Positions 1 to 11,914 of a DNA stretch of 64,000 bases are shown here, in pieces (the stretch's first letter is position 1; every line of letters begins with the position of its first letter). Source of the DNA: Mobula hypostoma. Lineage: Eukaryota. The DNA lies in assembly GCF_963921235.1 (NCBI RefSeq), contig NC_086097.1, positions 236,656,001 through 236,720,000 of the forward strand. The letters are read 5' to 3'. The notes under the pieces were generated by a model. It saw nothing but the letters and a program-made list of their open reading frames with translations. It was not told the origin of the DNA and ran no database searches. The position numbers and the translations under genes were made by a program.

Positions 1-276
1 CAGCCTCAGAATAGAAGGGAATCCTTTTACAGCAGAGATAAGGAGGAATTTCTTTAGCCAGAGAGTGGAATTCTTTGCCACAGGCAGCTGTGGACGCCTA
101 GCCTTTAAGGCAAAGGTTGACAGAGTCTTGATTGGTCAGGGTGTGAAGGGATACGGTGAGAAAGCAGGAGAGTGGGGCTGAGAGGAAAATTGGATCAGCC
201 ATGATGAAATAGCAGAGCAGACTCGATGAGCCAAATAGCCAAATTTTGCTCCTATATCTTATAGTCTTATGGTCTT
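1..276 (+). mobile_element. CR1 LINE 3' end fragment
   Basis: Similar to the 3' end of the CR1 copy at 63360-63650 (CAGCCTCAGAATAGAAGGG...TTCTTTAGCCAGAGAGTGG...); ends in a short TCTTATGG-type tail. Confidence 0.8.
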
Positions 277-477
277 AATCGGGCAGGTTGGGCTGGTCAG
301 ACTTGGACAGCAGCAGACTAGGAGTAGTTGAAAATCTAAAACATGGCACAACAAGTTGACAATATCAACAAAGTCCCTGAAATATACCGAGAAACAGAAA
401 TAATCTCTGTCATTCTGTACATCTGTCAATCATTGTGGAATTTTGACATATATTTAAATGAATTTAGTTATTGATAT

Positions 478-737
478 ACAGTGTAGAATAGGCCCTTCCG
501 GCCCTTCAAGTCAGGCTGCCCAGCAATCCCTCAGTTTAATCCTAGCTTAATCACAGAACGATTTACAATAATCATTTTGTTACAAACTTGTATGCCTTTG
601 GACTGTGGCACGGAGCACCCAGAGAAAACCCACGTGGTCACAGCGAGAACATGCAAACTCCTTACGGGCAGTAGCGGGAATTGAACCCAGGTCACTAGTG
701 CTGCAAAGTGTTGTGCAAACCACTACACTAACATGCT
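478..737 (-). mobile_element. tRNA-derived V-type (HE1-like) SINE
   Basis: Minus strand has B-box GGTTCAATTCC and the V-domain-like GGAGTTTGCATGTTCTC...GTGGGTTT; related copies near 10900-11185(-), 25950-26245(+), 34515-34840(+), 37655-37860(-), 60915-61130(+). Confidence 0.7.
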
Positions 738-1286
738 GCTCTAAAGTCCTTCCAATGCATTTTGTTAAACTAAGGACAGTTACTGGTAAAATGAAGAACC
801 ATTTGTTTTATAAATGATGACCAAAAATAAGTAAAAGCTATCTTGTAATTCAGTATCTTACTAAAGTGATAGACACTAGAAAGCAAGCATACCTTGTACT
901 CGTTGAGAGAGTTGCAATGGCCAAAAGACACATTTTAAGTCATTTAAGTAATGACAAAGCATCTTCAAGCACCACAGTGTTATGAAGCAATCCTGGATCC
1001 TGAAAATATGACATTAATTTCAATAGCCACAGTTTTCCAGAAGAAAATCACAGTGGACTTGATCCTTACATTACAAAATATTTGGAAATAAAATTCCATC
1101 ATCAGTAATGTCTTGGATTATAATCAGAGGTAATACCTACAGCCGGTTCAAAACATTTGAATTCAGAAAAATCCTATTCCAACTCGTGACTAATTTTCAT
1201 GTATATCACAGTACTATTACTTGCTCAAACTGTCCTCACTGTCTTAAGAGGACAGGCTGCGTGAGTTTGGGCTTTTTTCTTTGGAG

Positions 1287-2299
1287 TGTCACGTACTCCG
1301 TGACAGGAATAAAGAACCAGCTGAGATGAAAAACACTTCGGAGTCCAGTATTGCTATAAACTAAAAATATTTATTAGTAACTACGCAATACAGTAATATA
1401 AATGTAGATAAATCAAACAGGTTCACAGTGGTTTTATATATATATATATTTATATATATAAGTAACTAAATCAGTAAGTGTGGAAATATATGTATGAAAA
1501 CCAAGCTTCTTTAAGTCTAGGGGTAAAAAGATAGTCTTACGATGATGAATAAAGTTCAGTTCAGTTCAGTTCAGTTCATCGTAATGAGTTGAGTAGTGAT
1601 GGAGAGAGAGAGAGGGAGAGATTTGAGTCTTCAGGTGAGCTGACACTGTCGATCTTCTCGTTGTCCTTCGAAATCCTTTAAAAGTCACTGACTATGACTT
1701 AAACAAAGGGGACTGGTTTTCTGTGGTGGAGCTATCCCCCAGGCGAGGGTGAACACACGGACAACTCCCCCCAGTCAACCCCTTTCCTTTTCACTGCAAG
1801 AGTGACTGATCGATCCGCCTGATCGATCCTCCAAAACCCACTTTTCCTGAGGGCACAACAATGCTCATTCAGTGTCCAGAACATCTGTATGAGGTCTGTC
1901 ATCTGACCTCCTATTTTTCCGCCCATGCAGAGGATCAACTGTTATTCAAATAACTCCTCCTTCCTCTCTCTCTGTAAGAAATGCACAAGCAGCGGACTGT
2001 CCTTAAGAAGTATCAACAACCTGTTGAAAATCATAACATTGAGGGTCCATTAAATAACGCTGCCTTCGGTCACCATAGCAACTTACGAGCTGCTCGGTGC
2101 CATCTCTAACTCAGCAGAAATCCAAAACTTAACCAGTTCTTTCTCGTTCCTTAAAGTGACAGTCCAACAGTTAGTCTTCGTCTCTCTCTCTCCAAAACAA
2201 GATATCGATGTTAAATAACTCTCTCTCTCTCTTTTCAAAAGCACAGTTAATAGGGGTAAACGAGCACAGTTCGTAGGGGTAATTCAGGATCCCGTCACA
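1287..2299 (-). mobile_element. Solo LTR, diverged member of the Gmr1-like family, inserted into a CR1 fragment
   Basis: TGTCAC...GTCACA termini; 4-bp TSD GGAG (1283-1286 / 2300-2303); start resembles LTRs at 15188, 39223, 43216; removing it rejoins CR1 sequence TTGGAG|TGAAGGAGGATGAGA. Confidence 0.85.
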
Positions 2300-2457
2300 G
2301 GAGTGAAGGAGGATGAGAGATGACTTGATAGAAGAGTACAAGATAATAAGAGGCATAGATTTTGTAGGAGCCATGTATCTGATCTCAATCTACTTGTCAT
2401 ATGTTTATTATGGTAATCAATCATGAGTGGGGGCGCGACAAAAGCGAAAGGAATAAA

Positions 2458-3060
2458 TAGATAGATACTTAATTGATCCCAAAGGAAATTACAGTGTCAC
2501 AGTAGCATTACAAATGCACAGATATACAAATATTAGAAGAGAAGTAAGAAGAATAAAAAAAAATAAGTTACCTCAAACAGTCTGACAGGAGGGGTCATCA
2601 CTTCCTCGGCTATAGGTTGACTTAATATAGAGCCTAATGACTGAGGGTCAAAATTACCTGATATAGCGCTCTTTGGAACAGCGCAGTTGTCTTAGTCTAT
2701 GACTAAAAGTGCTCCTCTGTTCAGCCAAGGTGGCAAGCAGATGGTGAGGAACATTGTCCGGAATTGCCAAAATTTTCTGTAGGGTCCTTTGTTCTACCAC
2801 AGCCTCCAGTGTGTCCAGTTTGACTCAGAGCCAGCCTTTCTAATCAGTTTATTGAGCCTGTTGGCATCACCCATGTTGATGCCATGGCCCCAGCACACCA
2901 CCTCATAGAAGCTTGTACTGGTGACAACAGGCTGGCAGAACATGTGAAGGAGAGGCCTGCATGCTCCAAAGGACCTCAGCCTCCTCAGGAAGTAGAGGCT
3001 ACTCTGGCCCTTCTTGTACACAGTCTCTTTGTAAGTCCTCACCACATCCACATCCTCACC
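2458..3060 (-). mobile_element. Rex1/Babar-type LINE 3' fragment
   Basis: ORF 2794..3051 KKGQSSLYFLRRLRSFG...CWG...DANRLNKLIRKAGS, an RT C-terminal region; second copy at 61137-61745. Confidence 0.75.
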
Positions 3061-3464
3061 ATCAATAATAACTGACAGTTTTTCTAAAGTTCATCACCTT
3101 TGTCTTACTGGTGGTGAGCTGCAGATGATTCAGCTTGCACCATTTAACAAAGTCTTCCATCAGATCCCTGCACTCAACCTCTCATCCTTCCTTTTTCACC
3201 CAACTATTGCTGAGTCTTCATGCGTCATTCTATGCTGTTTGTGCTTGGGACTGGCGGGTGTCGTATCTTTTGCTGAGCACTCAATAACACCCAATTACAC
3301 TTAGTTTACACTTGGATACGCTAATAAAGGATCGAATACATACCCTCAAACCTTTGGAGCAATCGTTACAGGAGTGAGGGTGTGTCATGCAAGTATAACA
3401 AATCTGTAGGGACACCAGCAGCGGCAGTTGTTATGGTTTTGGCTTTTGTTTGGTCTGGCCGCTA

Positions 3465-3800
3465 TGGATCGAATGCATAGCCAAAGGCTTTTTTCCCACA
3501 GGATGGAGATGGTTAATATAAGGGGAATAATTTTCAAAGTGTTTGAAAGAAAGTATAGCAGGGAAGTCAGATGTAAGTTTTATTTGCACAGAGTGGTGGT
3601 TGTGTGTAAAGACTTGGGTGAAGGCTGAGGCAAATGAATTAGGGGCATTTAAGAAACTCCTAGATAAGCACCTGGTTGATAGAAAAGTGGAGGGATATGC
3701 TGGAAGGAAGGGATAGATTCCTCTGGAAGTAGGTTAAAATGCCAGCACAACAATGTGGACCAAAGGGCCTATAACTGTGCTGTAATGTTCTATGTTCGAT
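3465..3800 (+). mobile_element. CR1 LINE 3' fragment
   Basis: CR1-type 3' sequence ending TGTAATGTTCTATGTTC. Confidence 0.65.
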
Positions 3801-4508
3801 TAACTGGATGGGTTTTCAGAACTCCTATTGAAGACAATAATCCTCATCATCTGAACAACTGATTATTGGTCTTGAGTTAACTTCTACCTCTCAAACACAG
3901 ATGTTAAAGTACTCAGTTAGAGCCTCAGCCTTGCCTTCTGCATCCATTATGAGAATGCATCTGTCACACTGCATCTTTGGAAGCATATACAGGATCACAC
4001 AGTAACTCAGAAGGATTAAACTAGGGATTTTATTATCAAAAATGACAAACCCAGAACAGTAAAACTTACAAGGTCTCAGGTAACTCAGTCTGAACTTCAC
4101 CAGGCAAGAATCAGGAGGACAAATCCAATGAGGGGTTAGCACTGTCCCTTTAACTGGACTCCAGGGCATGAAAGGATCTGTGCCTAGCTGATAAAACCCC
4201 AGGCTAATTACAAGCTAACCCCACCCAGCTTCTCCTCCTGGTCTTGAAAGAGTGTGCGGGCTAGTCATCTGATCCACACAAAGAGTGAAATAGGTATCTT
4301 TGTTCATGTTTCAATTGTACAGATATAATGGCTTTTTCTGAGGCTTGATTGGATGTGACCAAATAATTGTTTTGTTTGTTAGTATAAACCAGTGGTTGTG
4401 TTGATGTTAAAGTTGTGTCATCAAATTTGTTGATGTTTGCTTTTAATTAGAGCACAGTAGAATAACTGATTAAAAGCAATGTACAAAAGAACCTTGTAAT
4501 CAGCACAG

Positions 4509-4737
4509 TGTGGTAAACCATGTATATATGTTGTAACTCGGTTACCTGTCTGGACACACCCCTCTGCTGACTGCCCCTGTGGCTCCTCCCACAGAGTCCT
4601 GTATAAAGGTGTTCGCCTTGCCCCTCCCCCTCAGTCTGGGGGCAGACACTCACTGTGGAGGTCGTATTGTGCAGCGAATAAAAGCCTTTCAGTATTTTAC
4701 CAAACCTCAGTCTTTTGGAGTAATTGAAGGTGCTTCA
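4509..4737 (+). repeat. 5' LTR of the Mag-like Gypsy element
   Basis: TGTGGTAAAC...GGTGCTTCA; TATAAA at 4602-4607; AATAAA at 4677-4682. Confidence 0.95.
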
Positions 4738-4763
4738 ATTTTATTCACTGTACGTCTTAAAAC

Positions 4764-5480
4764 ATGGAACAGTCCCTGAGACCAGAAAAATTAGACCTCA
4801 AACCGCAAACACCTGAAGCTGGAAACGCTTTCGAACTCTGGCTGGCCTGCTTCGAAGCGTATCTAGAGGAGACTAAAGCGACCGACCCCGTAGCGAAGTG
4901 CAGAGTTCTACTCTCCAGGGTCAGTCCACGGGTCTATTCGCTGATCAGAGACCAGCCGAACTACGACGGCGCAATGAACGCACTCAAAAGACAATACCTG
5001 CGGCCGATAAACAGCGTCTATGCTCGGCATCGCTTAGCGACACGCAACAACGGTCCGGGGAATCGTGTGCTGAGTTTGTCCGGGCCCTACGGACGCTCGT
5101 GCGAGCCTGAAATTGCCAGGAGCTGACGGCGGCGCAGCATGCAGAACTCCTAGTGAGAGGCGCCTTCGTTACGGGGACCAGGTCAGTGTACGTGCGCCAG
5201 CAGCTGCTGGAAAAAGCCGATCTTACCCTAAGTTCGGCGATCGAGCTGACTGATACGTTGGAGGCCGCTCTGCATAACTCCGAGGCTCTCCAGGCACGCG
5301 ATCCCCCGATGGCCTCGTGGGTGCCGCAGTCCCCGCAACCTGCCGGCGAATCGACCTCGGCTGCCGCCAGTCATGAGCACTTTCTGTGGACTGGAGAAAC
5401 ACCCCCGGAAACACTGCGTGGCCCGACAAGCTACCTGTTCCAGCTGCGGAAAGAAGGGCCACTTCGCCAAGATCTGTAAG
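4764..5480 (+). pseudogene. gag: Gag (capsid + nucleocapsid), split by frameshifts
   Basis: MEQSLRPEKLDL...YARHRLATR then QQRSGESCAEFVRALRTL and AFVTG across frames; tandem knuckles FCGLEKHPRKHC / CSSCGKKGHFAKIC, as in Mag-type elements. Confidence 0.85.
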
Positions 5481-8400
5481 TCAAAACCGCGAGCGGGATT
5501 GAGCAGCGCAGCGTGCAAGACGTGGGGGTCGCCATCTTGCCTGCCGCCATCTTCCCTGCACACTGCCACCACGTGCGAGACATGGGGGTCGCAATCTTCT
5601 CTGCCGCCATCTTCCCTGCATGCCACCACCACGTGCGAGACATGGGGGTGGCCATCTTGGTCGGCGCCACCTCCCACCGCCTACAACCAACGGGTGCTCA
5701 CGGGGCACCCCACCACGCCGGACCAAGACAGCGAGCCCACCCTGGCTTCCGTGACCCTCGACCAAAGCGCTCCCCACCAGCTTGCAAGGTCAATGATGGA
5801 CATCCTGGTGGAGGGGCGCAGGACAAGCTGCCTGTTCGACACAGGCAGCACGGAGAGTTTTATCCACCCGGCCACGGTGCAGCATTGTGGACTCATGATA
5901 TGGCCGGTAAGTCGGAGGGTCACCATGGCCTCCAGGTCGCACACAACAGACATCCGGGGGGGTTGTCTAGCGACACTAGTGGTGCAGGGCACAGAATATC
6001 GGGACATTACGTTACTGGTCTTGCCTCAACTGTGTGCCCCTGTGCTGTTGGGGTTGGACTTCCAGAGCCACCTGAAAAGCGTGACAATGAAGTATGATGG
6101 GCCCCTCCCGCCAATTACTGTCATAAATCCCCTGTTTTGTAGAGATATGTCACGTACCCCACTACTGACCACACACACACACCGACCCGCGCATCCCACC
6201 CAACATCATGCCAACTGCCGCACTACCGACGCCACTTGCGGCCTCTCCACCCTCAGGATCCCTCCCCCACCGCTGTTCACCAACCTGACCCCCGACTGTA
6301 AACCTGTGGCAACTAAAAGCAGGAGGTACAGCGCGGGGGACAGAGCTTTCATTAAGTCGGAGGTGCAGCGGCTGCTCAGGGAGGGGGTCATTGAGGCAAG
6401 CACAAGTCCTTGGAGGGCGCAGGTGGTGGTTGTTCAGAACGGGGAGAAGAATAGGATGGTCGTGGACTATAGCCAGACCATCAATAGGTTCACGCAGCTC
6501 GCCGTGTACCCTCTACCCCTCATCGCGTATATGGTCAATCAGATAGCACAGTACAAGGTGTACTCGACCATAGACCTAAATTCCGCTTACCATCAGCTCC
6601 CCATCCGCCCGGAGGACTGCCCTTACACTGCCTTCGAGGCGGACGGCAGACTTTATCACTTCCTGCGCATTCCCTTTGGTGTCACGAATGGTGTATCTGT
6701 CTTCCAGATGGCAATGGACCGGATGGTGGACCAGTGCCAACTGAAGGCCACGTTCCCATATCTGGATAACACCACCATCTGCGGTCACGACCAGCAGGAT
6801 CACGACAACAACCTCCAAAAATTTCTCCAAGCAGCCAAATCTTTCAGCCTCACCTATAACAAGGACAAGTGTGTATTTGGGACCACCCGACTTGCTATCC
6901 TTGGGTGTGTCGTGGAAAATGGAGTCATTGGCCCTGATCCCGACCGTATGCGCCCCCTGTTGGAACTCCCTCTTCCCAATACCCTCAGAGCCCTCAAAAG
7001 GTGCCTGGGCTTCTTTTCATATTACGCCCAATGGGTCTCTAACTATGCAGACAAGGCCCGCCCCCTGGTCAAGTTCACCACATTCCCCCTCTCTGCCGAG
7101 GCCCACGCGGCCTTCAACTGCATAAAAGGGGACATTGCCAAAACAGCAATGCATGCGGTGGACGAGGCCATTCCCTTCCAAGTAGAGAGTGACGCCTCTG
7201 ACTTTGCACTGGCTGCTACCCTCAACCAGGCAGGAAGACCAGTGGTGTTCTTCTCCCGTACCCTTCAAGGCCCTGAAATTCGGCACTGCGGTAGAGAAAG
7301 AGGCCCAGGCCATAGTGGAAGCTATAAGGCACTGGAGGCACTATCTTGCTGGCAAAAGGTTCACCCTGCTAACTGACCAGCGCTCAGTCGCATTCATGTT
7401 TAATAATCAGCAGCGGAGCAAAATCAAAAATGATAAAGTTCTGAGGTGGAGAATCGAACTCTCCACCTACAACTATGACATCATGTACAGGCCTGGGAAG
7501 CTCAAGGAGTCCTCCGATGCCCTATCCCGGGGAACATGCGCCAGTGCGCAGATCGACTGGCTATATTGCCTTACATGTAGACCTTTGCCACCCGGGAGTC
7601 ACCCGGCTTTTCCACTTCGTGAAAGCCCGGAACCTGCCTTACTCCCTTGAGGAGATCAGGATGATGACCAGGGACTGCCAAGTCTGCGCAGAGTGCAAAC
7701 CGCACTTCTACCGACCCGAAAAGGCACCACTCATCAAGGCCACCCGCCCCTTTGAGCGACTGAGTGTTGACTTTAAGGGCCCCCTTCCGTCCATCGACCG
7801 CAATGTGTACTTTCTTAACGTAATTGACAAGTACTCGCGGTTCCCCTTCGCCATCCCCTGCCCCGACACCACTACCACGTCAGTTATAAAAGCCCTGCGC
7901 AAGCTCTTCACTCTGTTCGGATACCCATGCTATATCCACAGTGACAGGGGGTCCTCGTTTATGAGTGATGAGCTGCGCCAATATCTACTGGCTAGGGGAA
8001 TTGCAACCAGTAGGACCATGAGCTATAATCCCCGGGGGAATGGACAGGTAGAGAAGGAGAATGCCATGGTGTGGAAAGCCACACTCTTAGCCCTCACGTC
8101 AAAGGGACTGCCAGAATTCCCGCTGGCAGGAGGTCCTTCCCGAGGCACTCCACTCCATCCACTCCCTGTTATGCACAGCCACCAATGCCACCCCTCATGA
8201 GCGGCTCTTTTCTTTTCCCAGAAAATCGACCACTGGAACCACCCTACCATCTTGGCTGACATCCCCGGGGCCAGTGCTGCTCCGGAAACATGCGAGGAGC
8301 AATAAATACTCCCCGACAGTCGAGAGGGTTCACTTACTTCAAGCGAACCCCCAGTATGCCTACGTGGTTTTACCTGATGGGCGGGAGGGCACGGTCTCCA

Positions 8401-8702
8401 TCCGCGACCTGGCATCCGCAGGAGCTCCGGGCTCCTACCCTGAACACTCCATGGTGACTATTGACCCCGTACCCACCAATGTATGTACCTACGAGACACC
8501 GTGCACCCCAAACCCTATACAGACACCACACGACACTCCCATACCGGGCGCGACGCACACGCACGAGGGATTACCGACGCCTAACGTGCTGGCACCTGAA
8601 GTCAGGCCGGAGCCAGCACAACCGCCATCGCCGGTGCAATCACCGTCGGTGCTACGTAGGTCACAGCGACGGACTCGACCGCCTGATAGACTTAACCTGT
8701 AA
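5373..8702 (+). pseudogene. pol: Pol polyprotein (protease, RT, RNase H, integrase) with frameshifts
   Basis: Protease LFDTGS; RT SPWRAQVVVV, IPFGVTNG, FPYLDN; RNase H ESDASD, EKEAQAI, TDQRS; integrase H..CHPG/CQVC, SVDFKG, HSDRG, QVEKEN across ORFs 5373..7376, 7189..7650, 7475..8200, 8274..8702. Confidence 0.93.
5512..5660 (+). repeat. 60-bp tandem repeat (~2.5 copies) between nucleocapsid and protease
   Basis: CGTGC(A/G)AGAC(G/A)TGGGGGT... recurs at 5512, 5572 and 5632; encodes 20-aa repeats C(K/E)TWGS..S.LPPSSLH..TT. Confidence 0.9.
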
Positions 8703-8753
8703 ATATACTTCTTGTAAGTATTGTCAGACACTTCACCCCGCGGGACTCTTTTT

Positions 8754-8771
8754 AAAAAAAGAAGGGGTGAA
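8754..8771 (+). promoter_or_regulatory. Polypurine tract of the Mag-like element
   Basis: AAAAAAAGAAGGGGTGAA immediately before the 3' LTR. Confidence 0.85.
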
Positions 8772-9000
8772 TGTGGTAAACAATGTATATATGTTGTAAC
8801 TCGGTTACCTGTCTGGACACACCCCTCTGCTGACTGCCCCTGTGGCTCCTCCCACAGAGTCCTGTATAAAGGTGTTCGCCTTGCCCCTCCCCCTCAGTCT
8901 GGGGGCAGTCACTCACTGTGGAGGTCGTATTGTACAGCGAATAAAAGCCTTTCAGTATTTTACCAAACCTCAGTCTTTTGGAGTAATTGAAGGTGCTTCA
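8772..9000 (+). repeat. 3' LTR of the Mag-like Gypsy element
   Basis: 226/229 identical to the 5' LTR by eye. Confidence 0.95.
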
Positions 9001-9231
9001 CACAGTAAACAGTTTTTAGCTCTGGTGGATTAATTTAATTTTGAAGAACTGAAAAGAACTTGCTTTGACAACAAGTCTGATGCCCAAAAACACTGAAATT
9101 ATCATAACCTATCACTGAAATGATGCAAGGCAAGACTTTGTATGGTGGAGTCACAGCCAGTAAAAGGATTTGGAGAACAACCAATGATTTGTTGACCGTG
9201 ACAGGTATTGTCTGCATTATATACTTGAGGT

Positions 9232-10228
9232 AGTTTGCAGATGCTGGAAATCTAAAACAGCACAAACAAAATGCTGGAGGAACTCTGCAGGTCAGGCAGC
9301 ATCTACGGAAATGAGTCAGCAGTCAATGTTTCGAGAAGCTGCCAGAGGGAAAAGGTGGGTGGGGTGGGGAACGAGGATAGCTAGAAGGTGATAGGTGAAA
9401 CCAGGTGGGTTGTAAAGATAAAGGGCTGGAGAGGAAGGAATTTGATAGGAGGGGACAGTGGACAATAAGAGAAAGGGAAGGAGGAGGGGACCTGGGGGTG
9501 GGGTGATAGGCAGGTGAGATGAAGTAAGAAGCCAGTGTGGGGAATAGAAGTGGGGGGGGGGGGCAGAAAAAAATTCCAGAAGGTGTAATCGGCTTTCATG
9601 CCATCAGGTTGGAGGCTGCCCAGATGGAATATTGGGAGACCGCTTCACCGAGCACCGCCAGAAAAGGCGGGAACTCTCAGTGGCCTCCCATTTCAATTCT
9701 ACTTCCCATCCCCATTCTGACATGTCAGTCCATGGCCTCCTCTAATGCCACTATAAGGCCACACTAAGGTTGGCAGAGTAACGTTTTACATTCAGTTTTG
9801 TTAGCCTCCAACCTGATGGCATGAACATCAATTTCTCAAACTTCCAATCATTGCCCTCCCCACCTTCTCCTTCACCATTCCCCATTCTCATTTCCCTCTC
9901 ACCTTATCTCCTAACCTGCCTATCACCTCCCTCTGGTGCTCCACTCCTTCCCTTTCTTCCATGGCTGTCCGTCCGCCCCTATTAGATTTCCCCTTCTCCA
10001 GACCTTTATCTCTTTGACCAATCGACTTCCCAGCTCTACCTCACCCCTCTCACTCTCCCATTTCACCTACTACCTTGTACCTCTTCCTCTCCTCCTCCCA
10101 CCTCTTACTCGGCCTTCTAAACTATTTTTTCCAGTCCTGGTGAAGGGTCTTGACCCAAGATGTCAACTGTTTACTCTTCTCCATAGATGCTACCTGGCCT
10201 ACTGAGTTCCTTCAGCATTTTGTGTGTA
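9232..10228. mobile_element. Penelope-like element fragments in inverted arrangement
   Basis: Minus-strand end (9232-9630) followed by a plus-strand GIY-YIG tail and 3' end (9630-10228); both contain AGCCTCCAACCTGATGGCATGAA, shared with the 17178-18347 element. Confidence 0.75.
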
Positions 10229-10239
10229 TTACAGACAGA

Positions 10240-10538
10240 AGTGGCCAAGTAGTTAAGGTATTCGACTAGCAATCTGAAGGTCATGAGTTCGAGCCCCAGC
10301 TAAGGCAGCATGTTGTGTCCTTGAGAAAGGCACTTAACCACACAGTGCTCTGCAACGACACTGGTGCCAAGCTATACAGGCCCTTGCCCTTCCCTTGGAC
10401 AACAGCGGTGTCGTGGAGAAGGGAGACTTGCAGCATGGGCAACTGCCGGTCTTCCATACAACCTTGCCCAGGCCTGCGCCCTGGAGAGTGAAGACTTTTC
10501 AGGTGCAGATCCATGGTCTTGCAAGACTAACGGATGTC
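10240..10538 (+). mobile_element. tRNA-derived SINE with CORE-like segment (copy 1)
   Basis: A-box GTGGCCAAGTAG, B-box AGTTCGAGCCC, GTGTCCTTGAGAAAGGCACTTAACC; 11-bp TSD TTACAG(A/G)CAGA; homologous to 25405-25717. Confidence 0.8.
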
Positions 10539-11914
10539 TTACAGGCAGAGTACGAGACAGAGTAACATCTGCATTGCATGAGGACCACGTAAAGCCACCT
10601 AGAATCAAAGAAAGACCAGCAAGCACCCCACAGCCCTGGGCCACAGTCATGCCATCAGTGGCAGCTTCTCTGTTGACAACATCTGAATATCTGAAGTTCT
10701 ATCCTGGTACCAGCATACTGACACATTTACAAAAAAGGCACGCCAGCAGCTATACTTCAGTAGGTATTTAAGGATATTTTATATGGCTCCAAAGATGTCC
10801 TCAGTGGTGGAAGGTTAATGTCCATGATAGAGTTGGCTGAGTAATAGGTTCATTTTATCTATCTATCTATCTACCTATTTATTGATTGATTGAGTGATAC
10901 ATATGGAGTAGGCCCCTACGGCCCTTTGAGCGACACACCCCAGCAACCGCCGGCAAACCCGATTACTACTAATTTAATCATGAGGCAATTTACAATGACC
11001 AGTTAACCTACCCATACATCTTTGGACTATGGGAGGAATGCAGAGGACCCGGGGAAAACCCAGGCACTCCTTGGGGAGGACATACAGAGACTCCTTGCAG
11101 AACAGTACAAGAATTTTAGTTGGAACTCCAGAAATCCCCGAGCTGTAATAATGTCACAGTAACCTCTACGCTACCATGGTGCCATGGAAGTGTCGCGGTT
11201 AGCAAAATGCTGTTACAAATGGACTTAGTATTGATCTGCCGCTGCATTGCACCAAGGCGTGATATGGAGCTCCTCCACAGTTAGTGCACCATTTCAAACT
11301 CTGTATCTAATTGAGATTTTTCTTTTCCCAGTAAGAATCCCCTCCAGAATTGAAGACATTTTGCTGTAATCAGTTCTTCATGTTCGATATATTGTGCCAC
11401 ATCTTAATCCGGCCCGTTATTGTTGAGCTTCATACCTCAATGCTCAGCCCCCTTTCTCTGAGCAATCCTAATATCTTGAGCTAATATGGTATTATCGTAA
11501 TTTGTTCTTTGGCATCAGTTAATTAAGGAAACTTGCAATAAAGGGCAAGTTTTATCAAGTTACTTCTATGAGGATGCTGCATGACAATAAAATTGTTTAG
11601 AACCCAATTTAAAAAAGAAAGACCAAAACCATTGCACAGAGAAAGAGAAGCATAAAACACAATCCTGCTGCCAATAGAAGCAAGTGACAGCATTCCGAAT
11701 CTGATTTTGTCCTTAGACACGCTCCCTGGAGCAGCCGGCGTAGGCCTAAGCTTCATTCTCAGTAGCACAGCAGCTGGAACAGTTCACCACCGAGAGATGA
11801 ACGAACATCACGGGACAGCGAGCGAAATCAGCCTGACACTCGTCCTTTCCAGTCTATCTAGACCGGCATTTAAATTGTCCAGGCAATTTAAATTTAGTAA
11901 ACCTTCTTAGATGC

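Larger units (their letters stand above)
4509..9000 (+). mobile_element. Full-length Ty3/Gypsy LTR retrotransposon, Mag-like clade, frameshifted
   Basis: Two 229-bp TG...CA LTRs with 3 differences; 5-bp TSD CACAG (4504-4508 / 9001-9005); domain order Gag-PR-RT-RH-IN; polypurine tract before the 3' LTR. Confidence 0.97.

Noticed and set aside
5512..5660. CRISPR-like array
   Set aside because: Whole-unit tandem repeat without unique spacers, inside a eukaryotic retrotransposon ORF
5223..6403. Overlapping antisense and alternate-frame ORFs in the Gypsy element
   Set aside because: Shadow ORFs of GC-rich coding sequence and the 60-bp repeat; no recognisable motifs
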